A stretch of DNA of 59,954 nucleotides from Candidatus Eiseniibacteriota bacterium (GTDB taxonomy: Bacteria; Eisenbacteria; RBG-16-71-46), in assembly GCA_005893225.1 (NCBI GenBank), contig VBOT01000029.1:1-59954 (forward strand), read 5' to 3'. The notes below the pieces were generated by a model. It saw only the letters and a program-made list of their open reading frames with translations, had not been told where the DNA came from and made no database searches. The translations under genes and the position numbers were made by a program. Shown here one piece after another: positions 9,020-17,947 of this stretch (within the stretch, counting starts at the first letter, position 1; the number at the start of each line of letters is the position of its first letter).

Positions 9020-10656
9020 TTTCGGGCGGCCGCCGCCTCGCGACGGACCAGGACCAGCGTGATGTCGTCGGTGCGCGGAGCGCCCGCCAGGAAGTCGTCG
9101 ACACGCCCGAGGATCCCACCCCGCAGCGCTTGAAGGTCCGCCGTCGCCCCCTCGGCCAGCAGCGCCTCGTGGAGCCTCCGGTCGTCGAAGAACTCCTCGC
9201 CGCGCTGCGCCTCGGGGATCCCGTCGCTGAACAGCGCCAGCAGCTCTCCGGGCGCGAGGGTCACGGTCGCAGACGAGTAGGGAAAATCCGGCAGCACTCC
9301 GAAGGGAACCCCAATGGCCGGGAGCTCGCGGAGTGTCGGGCCGAGCACGAGGCAGGGCGAGGGATGGCCGGCGTTGACGTATTCCAGGACACCCGTCGCC
9401 GGGTCGAGCCGGCCCACGAACCCGGTCACGAAGTGTCTCGCGTCGGTGCCGCGGTTGAGGATCGTCCCGAGACGGCGCGCGAGATCGGCGGGGTCGGGGC
9501 AGGTGTCGTAGAGGACGCGCGCCGAAGCCAGGAACGAGGACATGAGGAGCGCCGCCCCCATTCCCTTTCCGGTCACGTCCCCGACCACCATCAAGAGCTT
9601 CCCGTCCGCGCCCAGGTAGAAGTCGTAGAGGTCCCCTCCGACCTCGTTGCAGCTCTCCAGGAACGCGTCGATCCGGTAGCCCTCGACCTCGGGCGGTCGA
9701 GCCGGCAAGAGGCCGCGCTGGATGCGGGTCGCGGTCGCCAGCTCCTGTGCCATCCTGAGCCGCGCCTGCTCGGCCTCGAGCAGCCGGGCGTTGGTGATCT
9801 TCACCGCCGCCATGTTGGCCAGCAGCGTCAAGAGCTCGAGTTGGTCCTCGCTGAAGGAGACCGAGAGGTCCTGGCTGTCGACGTAGATCAGCCCCAGGAC
9901 CCGCTGGTTGTCGAACAGCGGCACCGCCATCGCGGAGCGCACCGCCTGGGCGACGATGCTGTGCTGGGCCTGGAACCTGGGGTCGTGCGCGGTGTCCCCG
10001 GTCAGCACCGAGGTGCAGTCCTCGAGCACCGTCCGCATGATCGAGCGCGAAAGGGCCAGCGGCTGGTTCGCCCGGCCCTGGCGGGTGCGGGCCGCGACCT
10101 GGACCGGCTCCTCGCGGTCCTCCTGCTTGAGGAGCAGGACGTAGCGCGATGCCGGCACGGCCTTCTCGACGAACACCAGGAGCTCCTCGCAGGTCTCCTG
10201 GAGGGGCCGCGGCAGCACCAGCAGCCGCCCGGCCTCGGCGAGCAGGTGGACCATCTCGCCGGCGGCCTCGCCGGTGCGGGCGCGCCGGTCGAGGATGTGG
10301 TCGACGCGCAGCTTGAGCGACGAGCCCACCACGGCGGCGTCACTGAGGCGAACCTCCGGCCCTGGCTCCCGGTCGGTCACTCGCAGCAGCAGATGCCCCA
10401 CCTCGATCTGGTCTCCGGACTTGAGCTCGACCGGCTCGCGCGCCTCGACGCCGTTCACGCGCGTGCCGTTGCGGCTGCCGAGGTCGCGGATGAAGTACCG
10501 GTCGCCGCGCCGGGTCACCTCGGCGTGCTCCTTGGATACCGTGGCGTCGGGAACGTGGATGCCGTTCTTGGAGGACCTGCCGATGCTCTTGATCTCGGCA
10601 TCGAGCGGCCAGACCAGGTTCTCGTCGCCCACGGTGCCGGACAGGTAGAGGGTCAT
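9016..10656 (-). CDS. FHA - GAF - PP2C/SpoIIE-type protein phosphatase
   Basis: An N-terminal FHA domain (SIGRSSKNGIHVPDATVSKEHAEV...RDLGSRNGTRVNG) is followed by a central GAF-like region. The C-terminus is SpoIIE/PP2C-like (RIQRGLLP...GGDLYDFY...VGDVTGKG...TDGI). Confidence 0.9.
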   Translation of the reverse strand: MTLYLSGTVGDENLVWPLDAEIKSIGRSSKNGIHVPDATVSKEHAEVTRRGDRYFIRDLGSRNGTRVNGVEAREPVELKSGDQIEVGHLLLRVTDREPGPEVRLSDAAVVGSSLKLRVDHILDRRARTGEAAGEMVHLLAEAGRLLVLPRPLQETCEELLVFVEKAVPASRYVLLLKQEDREEPVQVAARTRQGRANQPLALSRSIMRTVLEDCTSVLTGDTAHDPRFQAQHSIVAQAVRSAMAVPLFDNQRVLGLIYVDSQDLSVSFSEDQLELLTLLANMAAVKITNARLLEAEQARLRMAQELATATRIQRGLLPARPPEVEGYRIDAFLESCNEVGGDLYDFYLGADGKLLMVVGDVTGKGMGAALLMSSFLASARVLYDTCPDPADLARRLGTILNRGTDARHFVTGFVGRLDPATGVLEYVNAGHPSPCLVLGPTLRELPAIGVPFGVLPDFPYSSATVTLAPGELLALFSDGIPEAQRGEEFFDDRRLHEALLAEGATADLQALRGGILGRVDDFLAGAPRTDDITLVLVRREAAAARK

Positions 10657-10907
10657 GGGCCGTCGCCCAGGTCGCGCACCAGCGTCCGGGCCGCTTCCTT
10701 GCTGAGCGAGATTCGCGGCAGGGCCAGCACCTCGAGCGTTCGCCGCCCGTCGACGCCGACCAGCGTGACGCGGTCGCCCGGCCGCACGCCGTGGCTCGGC
10801 TTCACCACCTCGCCGTTCAGCAGGACCGCGCCGTCCTGAACGGCCAGGCTCGCCTGGGACCGGCTCTTGAACAGCCTGAGCTCGAAGAGCGTCACGTCGA
10901 GGCGCAT
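10653..10907 (-). CDS. S4-domain RNA-binding protein (Hsp15-like)
   Basis: The 84 aa are MRLDVTLFELRLFKSRSQASLAVQDGAVLLNGEVVKPSHGVRPGDRVTL. The gene overlaps the downstream FHA gene by ATGA. Confidence 0.75.
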   Translation of the reverse strand: MRLDVTLFELRLFKSRSQASLAVQDGAVLLNGEVVKPSHGVRPGDRVTLVGVDGRRTLEVLALPRISLSKEAARTLVRDLGDGP

Positions 10908-10960
10908 CGTTTCGGTTACAACCGGGTGCGGCCGGGCAAGTCTTGGCGGGCCCGCGGGGT

Positions 10961-12340
10961 TCAGGGAGACGCCTGGAGCTTCTTCTTGATCGAGGCGATC
11001 GTGGATTCGGAGCGCTGGCCCTCGGGCATCGCCTCGGCGGCGCTCAGCGCCTCTTCCAGCGTCCGCCTCGCCGACCCCGCGTCGCCGCGGCCCGAGTAGA
11101 TGTCCGCGCGCGTCTGGAGGATCCCGAGACGGCGCGGCCCGTAGGCCTTGGAGAGTGCCCGGTCCGAGGCCGCCAGTGCGTCGTCCCAGCGCTTCATGGC
11201 CTTGAGCGCCACCGCCAGGCGGGCGGGCGGGTTGTAGTCGCCGGGCAGGTCCCGCTCCGAGGCCTCGAGCATCGGGATCGCGCGCTTTGGCTCCCCGAGC
11301 TTGAGGTAGGCGCTCAGGCGATGCGGGTCGAACACCGCGCGCTCCTCGGGAGTTCGGGCCCGGGCGGCCTCGCGCTCGAGAAACGCCGCCCACTCGGAGG
11401 CCACCTGCTTCGCGCCCTGATCGTCCTTGGCGTCCTCGCGGGCGTCGAGCAGGCTTCCGAAGGCCCCGGAGCGGTCGTCCGCCGCCATGGGCGCCGTCGT
11501 GTCCGCGACCACCTCGCGCGCGTCCGCCTCGAGGGCCGCGACCAGCTCCTGGCGCGCCGCGCTCTCCGCCGGCAACTCGAGAGCCGCGTCGAGACCGCTC
11601 GCCGCCACGTTCGCCGCGGACGGCGTGCTTCGAAGCCTGGGATAGGCCTCGCGGGCGAGCTTCGCCGCCTCCTCGCTGGCTTGGGTCCTCTGCAGCGCGA
11701 ACAGCAGCGACTCGACCGTCCGGCCGTAGCGGCCCCACCCCTCGGGTGCGGCCGCCAGCGCCTCCTGATAGGCCTTGGCGGCGCCGGCGTTGTCGCCCTG
11801 CCCGTAGAGAGCGTCGGCGCGGAGCAGCAGGCGATCGGCCTCGGGAGGGCGATCTCCGGAGGATGCTCCCGCGCGGCCCGCGGGCTCCGGCCCGCCTCCG
11901 GCGACGGCGAGGCGGCCGTCGTCCAGCAGTCTCCTGAGCTGGGACGCGGTCGCTCCGCCCACCCAGCGCAACGCCACATTCTGCTCGGCGGGATCGACGA
12001 TCAGGAACGTCGGCAGCGCCTCGATGGGGAACTGCTTACGGAACGGCGCGTTCCTGGACTTCTCGGTGTCGATCTCGAGCCAGACGAACCGCCCGGCCTC
12101 GCTCGCGAGGGACTTGTCGGTGAAGACGAAGGCCCTCATCGAGCGGCAGGTGTGTCACCAGGGCGCCCAGGCCTCGATGAAGAGAGGCACCTTGCGCGCT
12201 CGCGCCTCGGCGAGCGCCCTGCCGTAGTCGTCCTGGATGAACCGGAAGACCCGGGGCGGGGCCGCGACGCCGCCCGAGCGAGCCGGGCTCGCGAGGGCCG
12301 CGAGCGCCAGGGGGAGCAGGAACGCGGGATGCGACTTCAC
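10961..12340 (-). CDS. Secreted thioredoxin-fold (Thioredoxin_7-like) + TPR selenoprotein, with in-frame TGA = Sec at 12155..12157 (UxxC)
   Basis: Track ORFs 12155..12613 and 10961..12139 are in the same frame, separated only by one TGA plus 5 codons. Read through, the sequence is ...KVPLFIEAWAPW-U-HTCRSMRAFVFTD..., i.e. the WCxxC thioredoxin motif with Sec in first position. The GTG start at 12340 gives a signal peptide VKSHPAFLLPLALAALASPARS. TPR-like repeats follow. Confidence 0.7.
12107..12137 (-). promoter_or_regulatory. Candidate SECIS hairpin for the thioredoxin-like selenoprotein
   Basis: The sequence GAGGG-C-CUU-C-GUC [UUCACC] GAC-AAG-U-CCCUC begins 17 nt after the UGA. It is a bulged stem with a 6-nt apical loop. 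Confidence 0.4.
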
Positions 12341-12445
12341 GCGCGGAACGCTACCAGATAGCCTGTCCGTGCGCCACCGCCGCGCCCGCGCGCCATCAGG
12401 GCCATGGGCGCGCCCTCGTGGCGCCCGTACCGATGGGGGCCGACC

Positions 12446-12829
12446 ATGGCCGATCTGCCGGACGAGGAGCAACTCCTGAGGCACTTCGAATGGAACCGGG
12501 AGCTGCTCCGCGAGATCGCCGCGATGTTCGTGAGCGACGCTCCCGGGATGATGCGCGATGTCTCCGGCGCGGTGGACCATGGCGACGCGCCGCTCCTCCG
12601 TCAGGCCGCTCACAAGCTCAAGGGCTCGGTCGCGAACTTCCGGGCTCAGGCGGCGGTCGAGGCCGCGCTCCGGCTCGAGCGCATGGGCGCCTCCGGGGAC
12701 TTGATGGGCGCCCGCGAGGCGTGTCGGGCGCTCGAGGTCGAGGTCATGCGACTGCGCGAGAGGCTGGGCGAGATGTGTGTGACGCCGGAGCGAGGGACGG
12801 CCGGGGGCGCCGAGGAGGATCGGGGCTAG
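12446..12829 (+). CDS. Stand-alone Hpt (histidine phosphotransfer) domain protein
   Basis: The MADLPDEEQLL start is followed by the Hpt signature AAHKLKGSVANF in a four-helix-bundle-like sequence. It is transcribed divergently from the thioredoxin-like selenoprotein gene. Confidence 0.8.
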   Translation: MADLPDEEQLLRHFEWNRELLREIAAMFVSDAPGMMRDVSGAVDHGDAPLLRQAAHKLKGSVANFRAQAAVEAALRLERMGASGDLMGAREACRALEVEVMRLRERLGEMCVTPERGTAGGAEEDRG

Positions 12830-12928
12830 TCCCGGCCGATCGGGCGCGATGCGCGGTTTGGCTCAGGCGCAGGGTCAAATTTTCCAGCGCGATCTCGCCC
12901 TGGTATCGGCTGCGCGCGATTTCACTCG

Positions 12929-12968
12929 CACGCGCGGTCAATTCCCCCCCGCGCGCGTGATTTATTTG
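12929..12968 (+). terminator. Intrinsic terminator downstream of Hpt
   Basis: A GC stem cgcgcgg...ccgcgcg is followed by the T-rich tract atttatttgg. Confidence 0.45.
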
Positions 12969-13171
12969 GCTCTCGAGGGCGTTTCGTCTGATCTCCGCGC
13001 CCCCGCGGATGGTACGCCTGATGCACCACGCTTTCTCACCCGCCCCGTGCTCGGCAGATCGTTTTCTCCCTGGATCCACCAGCGCAGACGCACCGAGCGC
13101 GAAACTCGATCCGCGACCGCTAGTCGTTCGGATTCGATCGATGCTTGCGAGATCTGGCTTCCACACGCCCG

Positions 13172-16100
13172 ATGCCCGAGCACCGCTCGCCCGAGCGAGG
13201 AGCGGCGACTCCAGACCGGAGGCTCGTGGTGTTCGTCGGCGTGGCTCGCCAGGGGGCGTGGGCGAGCGTGTGCGCTCTGCTCGCGCTGCTCGCACCCCTC
13301 CCCGCGCATGCGGTGACCGTTCCTCCGGGCTTCGTGGTCGAGAACGCGGTTCCCGGATTCGGCTTCAACGCGCCCGTCGCGGTGGCGTTCCTCCCGGATG
13401 GCCGCTGGCTCGTGGCCGAGCGGCGCGGCCGCGTCTTCATCGTCCAGAACGGCGTGAAGAACCCGACCCCCCTGATCAACATCGAGGCCGAGGTGCTGTA
13501 TCGCGAGGATCGCGGGCTGATGTCGCTCGCCGTCGATCCCGACTTCAGGACCAATCGCTCGATCTATCTCCTCTACACCGTGGATCCCGACAGCAACGGC
13601 GTCGACGACAACGACGACGCGTTCGCCCGCCTCACGCGCTACCAGGTGAGCGCCTCCGACCCGGGCACGATCGATCCGGCCTCGCGAACCGTGCTGATCG
13701 GAAAGAGCTGGCACGAGGGGATCCCCTCCGGCTCGCCGTCGCACACCGCGGGGGCGCTGCGCTGGGGGGCCGACCGGAGCCTCCTCATCTCGGCGGGCGA
13801 CGGGGCGCAGTTCAGCCAGATGGATGCCGGGGGTCTCGACCCGGGGCTGTTCGGCCCCGACCGGACCGACCCGGACCAGGACATCGGGGCGTTCCGCGCG
13901 CAGCACCTCGGAAGCCTGGCGGGCAAGATCCTGCGCATCGATCCCCTGACCGGCGAGGGCTACCCGAGCAATCCGTTCTACGACGGCGATCCGCGCTCCA
14001 ATCGCTCGCGAGTGTGGGCGTACGGCCTCCGCAACCCGTTCCGCTTCACGGTCCGGCCGGGCACCGGCAGCACCGACCCGGCCGCGGGCAACCCCGGCTC
14101 ACTCTACGTCTCCGACGTCGGCTGGCGGACCTGGGAGGAATGTAACGTCGCCTCGAGCGGCGGCAAGAACTTCGGCTGGCCGTGCTACGAAGGCCCCGCC
14201 GCGTCGACTGCCTATCAGACCGCCGCGCCGGCTCGTCAGGGATGCGCCTCGATCGGCACCGCCGACAATCCCGGTGTCCTGACCGCGCCGCTCATCACTT
14301 ACCATCACAGCGTCCCATCGCTGAGCCAGCCTCAGGGCATCACCGGAAACGCCGCCACTGGAGGGGTCTTCTACACCGACAGCCTCTATCCGGCCTACTA
14401 CCGACAGCGCTATTTCCTCTGCGACTACGGAGCGAACTGGATCAAGGTCGCGGCCTTGGATGCCGGCGACCATCTGGTCTCACTCGATCCGTTCGCGGCC
14501 GGCGCCGACGGCCCGGTCGACATCGCCACCGACCCGCAGACCGGCGACGTCCTCTACATCTCGATCATGACCGGCGAGCTGCGCCGCATCCGCTACACCG
14601 GACCGACCGGCAACGCGCCGCCGGTGGTGGCGGCGGCGGCCACCCCGACCTCCGGGGCCGCGCCGCTCGGGGTCCAGTTCTCGAGCGCCGGGAGCTTCGA
14701 TCCCGACAACGACCCGCTCTCGTTCGGCTGGAGCTTCGGCGACGGAGAGGGATCGATCGCCGCCAGCCCCTCCCATTCCTTCGCCACTCCCGGCGTCTAT
14801 CACCCGGTGCTCACCGTGACCGACGGGCGCGGCGGGCTGAGCCGCGACACGCTCGAGATCACGGTGCTCCCGAGCGTGGGCTTCCCCTCCACCGGGATCC
14901 TCGACGACTTCAACCGGCCCGGCGCCGCGCTTGGGGCGCCGTGGGTCGGACAGACCTCCGGACTCGCGATCGACCAGAATCAGCTGGTCCAGAGCTCGGG
15001 CGCCTACGTCTCGCCGGTCTGGGGCGGCGGCGTCTTCGGTCCCGACCAGGAGGCCTTCGTCACCCTCGATGCCCTGACGAGTAGTTCGCCCGAGCACGAC
15101 CTGATGCTCAAGATCCAGGGCGAGTCCTGGAACGCCGGGAACATCAAGGTCGACTATGACGCCCGGTACGGCACGGTCTACGTGAAGACCTATACGCCCG
15201 GAGTCGGCTGGCAGAGCTACCCGGGGTCGATCCCGGTCGCGTTCCAGGCGCACGACGTATTCGGGGCTCGGGCGCTCTCGAGCGGCGACGTCGAGATCTA
15301 CCGGAACGGCGTCAAGCTCGGTACCCTCTCGGTGCGCGGCTGGCCTTACGCCTCGCAGGGAGGCAGGGTCGGCCTGCTGCTCGGGAGCGCGCTCACCTCC
15401 CGGCTCGACAACTTCGGAGGGGGAAACGTCGTCTTCCCCTCCAACGCCCCTCCCGAAGCCCGTATCGTCTCGCCGCTCGATCGCGCCTTCTTCGCGGCGG
15501 GCGACACGGTGCGGCTCGTCGGCTCGGCCAGCGACGCCGAGGACCCGGCGTCGAGCCTGCTCTTCCAATGGGAAGTCGACATCCACCACAACAACCACAT
15601 CCATCCCGACAGCTACGTGTTCGACGGGCCGAGCGCCGCCTTCGAGTTCGAGAACCACGACGACGGGACCGGCGTTCACATCGAGATCCGCCTCATCGTG
15701 ACCGACACTGGTGGCCAGAGGGACACCGCGGCCGTCGACGTCTATCCCGAGGTCGACCTCGAGCCCGGCCCGGTCTCGACTCTCGCGGACCCGGTAGGGG
15801 CGGGTAGCGCGACCGAATATCGATTCAAGATCTTCAACCGCGGCCGCATGCCGGCGCCGATCTCGCGCTGGCAGCTCACGGCCGGCGGCGTGACACTGGC
15901 CGCGGGCGACACGCTCGTCGCGGCGCGGGACAGCGTCACGATCGTGCGCAGCCTGGCAGCGCCCCTGGCCCCGGGGGCTTACACCCTGCGCGCCACGGTG
16001 GACGCGCTCGCGCAGGTGATGGAGACCCACGAGGCCAACAACGCCTGGAACGGCACGCTCACCGTCGCCGGCCCGCCGGGCCCACCGGCCGGCCGGTTCC

Positions 16101-16993
16101 CGACCACGCCCGTGCTCGACGACTTCAACCGTCCCAACGCCCCGCTGGGCGCACCCTGGATCGGACTGACCTCGGGCCTCATCCTCGACCAGGACCAGAT
16201 GGTTCAGGGCTCCGGCACCTACGCGTCGCCGGTGTGGGGCGGCTTGGCGTTCGGGCCCGACCAGGAAGCCTTCGTCACGCTGGATGCGATCACTCCGGGA
16301 GCGCCGGAGCACGACCTCATGCTCAAGATCCAGGGCGCGTCGTGGAACGCCGGTCACGTGAAGGCGATCTACGACGACACGTACAAGAAGGTCTACGTGA
16401 TGACCTACACGCCGGGAGTCGGCTGGCAGAGCTATCCCGGCTCGATCCCCGTGACGTTCTCGGCCCATGACGTGTTCGGCGCCCGGGCCCTGTCGACCAG
16501 CGACATCCAGATCTATCGCAACGGCCTCAGGCTCGGGACCCTCTCGGTGCGTGGCTGGCCCTACGCCGCCCTGGGAGGAAGGATCGGCCTCCTGCTCGGC
16601 AATGCCGCGCTGAGCCGTCTCGACAACTTCGGCGGCGGAACCGTGACGCGCCGGCCGGCCGGGGGCGGCACGGCCTCGGTCCCCGAGGTCGTCCCCGATC
16701 CCTTCGGCGGCCCCATTCCAGGGACACTCTCTCTCTCGAGCCCGTTCCCGAACCCGAGCCCGGGCGGCGTGTCGCTGAGGCTCGACCTGCCGCGGGCGGC
16801 GAGAGTCGAGATGAGCGTGTACGACGTCTCCGGCCGCTCGCTGGAGCAGCGGACATCGGACTACCGGCCCGGGCGCTGGACGCTCAAGTGGAGCAGGGCG
16901 AGCGGCGGCGCGCCGGCCCCTCCCGGCCTCTACTTCGCGCGGGTTCGCGCTGGCTCGCGGGTCTTCGAGCGTCGCTTCGTGCTGCTGCAGTGA
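13172..16993 (+). CDS. Large secreted multidomain protein: PQQ/GSDH-type beta-propeller, PKD, two copies of an unassigned jelly-roll-like domain, Ig-like, CARDB-like, T9SS-type C-terminal domain
   Basis: The N-terminus is glucose/sorbosone-dehydrogenase-like (PGFVVENAV...AFLPDGRWLVAERRGRVFIV...GLMSLAVDPDF). A PKD domain follows (FSSAGSFDPDNDPLSFGWSFGDG). The C-terminus is a FlgD-Ig/T9SS sorting domain (FPNPSPGG...VYDVSGR...GLYFARV). The start is uncertain: TTG 13145 or ATG 13172. An RR-containing signal region is present. Confidence 0.85.
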   Translation: MPEHRSPERGAATPDRRLVVFVGVARQGAWASVCALLALLAPLPAHAVTVPPGFVVENAVPGFGFNAPVAVAFLPDGRWLVAERRGRVFIVQNGVKNPTPLINIEAEVLYREDRGLMSLAVDPDFRTNRSIYLLYTVDPDSNGVDDNDDAFARLTRYQVSASDPGTIDPASRTVLIGKSWHEGIPSGSPSHTAGALRWGADRSLLISAGDGAQFSQMDAGGLDPGLFGPDRTDPDQDIGAFRAQHLGSLAGKILRIDPLTGEGYPSNPFYDGDPRSNRSRVWAYGLRNPFRFTVRPGTGSTDPAAGNPGSLYVSDVGWRTWEECNVASSGGKNFGWPCYEGPAASTAYQTAAPARQGCASIGTADNPGVLTAPLITYHHSVPSLSQPQGITGNAATGGVFYTDSLYPAYYRQRYFLCDYGANWIKVAALDAGDHLVSLDPFAAGADGPVDIATDPQTGDVLYISIMTGELRRIRYTGPTGNAPPVVAAAATPTSGAAPLGVQFSSAGSFDPDNDPLSFGWSFGDGEGSIAASPSHSFATPGVYHPVLTVTDGRGGLSRDTLEITVLPSVGFPSTGILDDFNRPGAALGAPWVGQTSGLAIDQNQLVQSSGAYVSPVWGGGVFGPDQEAFVTLDALTSSSPEHDLMLKIQGESWNAGNIKVDYDARYGTVYVKTYTPGVGWQSYPGSIPVAFQAHDVFGARALSSGDVEIYRNGVKLGTLSVRGWPYASQGGRVGLLLGSALTSRLDNFGGGNVVFPSNAPPEARIVSPLDRAFFAAGDTVRLVGSASDAEDPASSLLFQWEVDIHHNNHIHPDSYVFDGPSAAFEFENHDDGTGVHIEIRLIVTDTGGQRDTAAVDVYPEVDLEPGPVSTLADPVGAGSATEYRFKIFNRGRMPAPISRWQLTAGGVTLAAGDTLVAARDSVTIVRSLAAPLAPGAYTLRATVDALAQVMETHEANNAWNGTLTVAGPPGPPAGRFPTTPVLDDFNRPNAPLGAPWIGLTSGLILDQDQMVQGSGTYASPVWGGLAFGPDQEAFVTLDAITPGAPEHDLMLKIQGASWNAGHVKAIYDDTYKKVYVMTYTPGVGWQSYPGSIPVTFSAHDVFGARALSTSDIQIYRNGLRLGTLSVRGWPYAALGGRIGLLLGNAALSRLDNFGGGTVTRRPAGGGTASVPEVVPDPFGGPIPGTLSLSSPFPNPSPGGVSLRLDLPRAARVEMSVYDVSGRSLEQRTSDYRPGRWTLKWSRASGGAPAPPGLYFARVRAGSRVFERRFVLLQ
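14882..15430 (+). repeat. Intragenic domain repeat, copy 1 (about 183 aa)
   Basis: The sequence LDDFNRPGAALGAPWVGQTSGL...FGPDQEAFVTLDA...EHDLMLKIQGESWNAG...TYTPGVGWQSYPGSIPV...LSVRGWPYA...SRLDNFGGG is colinear with copy 2. Confidence 0.8.
16094..16645 (+). repeat. Intragenic domain repeat, copy 2 (about 184 aa)
   Basis: The sequence LDDFNRPNAPLGAPWIGLTSGL...FGPDQEAFVTLDA...EHDLMLKIQGASWNAG...TYTPGVGWQSYPGSIPV...LSVRGWPYA...SRLDNFGGG matches copy 1. By eye roughly three quarters of residues are identical. Confidence 0.8.
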
Positions 16994-16999
16994 CCCCTT

Positions 17000-17023
17000 G
17001 CCTCGGCCAGGGTGAGCCGAGGC
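17000..17023 (+). terminator. Hairpin after the large secreted protein gene
   Basis: The stem gcctcggc-[cagggtga]-gccgaggc is 8 bp and begins 7 nt after the stop. There is no U-tract. Confidence 0.35.
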
Positions 17024-17080
17024 GGGCGAAACCTACGGGATGCCGGCTCCGTAGTCATGCCCACACGCGGAGGATCCGGC

Positions 17081-17929
17081 ATGCGCACGCACATCGCTGG
17101 CCTCGCGGCTGCAGGGCTCCTGTCCTGGGCGGGGCTCGCAGCCGCGGACCAGTGGGACCGGAGCTTCAAGGTCACGGGGAAACCCGCCGTCCGCATCGAG
17201 ACCGACGAGGGGAGCATCCGCGTCTCGGCCTGGGATCGCCCCGAGGTGGCGCTCCACGTCGCGACCCGAGGCTGGCGCATCGCGCCCAGCGGGGTCACGG
17301 TCTCGGCGCGGCAAGCGGGCGAGCGCATCGAGCTCATCGCCCGGACGCCGCGCTTCGAATGGAACCTCTGGGGCGGCCGCTCGCTCGAGATCACCGTCCA
17401 CGTTCCTCGCCAGTCCGATCTCGAGGTGCAAGCCGGGGACGGATCGATCCGGATCGAACCGGTGGCGGGCGAGATTCGGGCGCGCTCCGGCGACGGCGCG
17501 ATCACGGCCTCCGGCCTGCGGGGGAGGATCGCGCTCCACACCGGGGATGGTCCGATCGAGGCGGTGGCCCTGGACGGAGAGCTCACCGCGACCACCGGGG
17601 ACGGCCGCATCCGCGTCGCGGGCCGGTTCGTGGGGCTCGACCTCGGAAGCGGTGACGGATCCCTCGAGGCCGAGGTCACGGCGGGCTCGCGCATGGAACG
17701 GCCGTGGAGCCTCCACACCGGCGACGGGTCGATGGAGCTGCGGCTTCCCGCCGACCTCGCCGCCGATCTCGACGCTCACACCGGCGACGGCGCGATCAAC
17801 CTCGGCATGCCGGTCGTCGTCAGCGGAGCACTCAGCCGCTCGCGGATCCACGCAGCCCTGAACGGAGGCGGGCCGCTCCTGCGCCTCTGGAGCGGTGACG
17901 GCTCGATCCGGATCGACGCGGCGCGGTAG
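17081..17929 (+). CDS. DUF4097-like putative adhesin / beta-helical repeat protein, secreted
   Basis: GGAGGA lies 7 nt upstream of the ATG at 17081. The signal peptide is MRTHIAGLAAAGLLSWAGLAAA, and GDG-S/A/P-I repeats recur (GDGSIRI, GDGAITA, GDGPIEA, GDGRIRV, GDGSLEA, GDGSMEL, GDGAINL). Confidence 0.8.
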   Translation: MRTHIAGLAAAGLLSWAGLAAADQWDRSFKVTGKPAVRIETDEGSIRVSAWDRPEVALHVATRGWRIAPSGVTVSARQAGERIELIARTPRFEWNLWGGRSLEITVHVPRQSDLEVQAGDGSIRIEPVAGEIRARSGDGAITASGLRGRIALHTGDGPIEAVALDGELTATTGDGRIRVAGRFVGLDLGSGDGSLEAEVTAGSRMERPWSLHTGDGSMELRLPADLAADLDAHTGDGAINLGMPVVVSGALSRSRIHAALNGGGPLLRLWSGDGSIRIDAAR

Positions 17930-17947
17930 CTCCGGCCCTCTGAACGG

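Noticed and set aside
6423-9119. The 898-aa ORF considered as a single gene.
   Set aside because: Only the last 262 codons show hydrolase motifs. The remainder overlaps the well-supported amidohydrolase gene in another frame and is R/G/P-rich.
12155-12613. The 152-aa ORF considered as an independent gene.
   Set aside because: Its C-terminus is the first half of a thioredoxin fold that continues in-frame past the TGA, so I interpreted it as the 5-prime part of the selenoprotein gene. The upstream part overlaps the Hpt promoter and gene region and looks non-coding.
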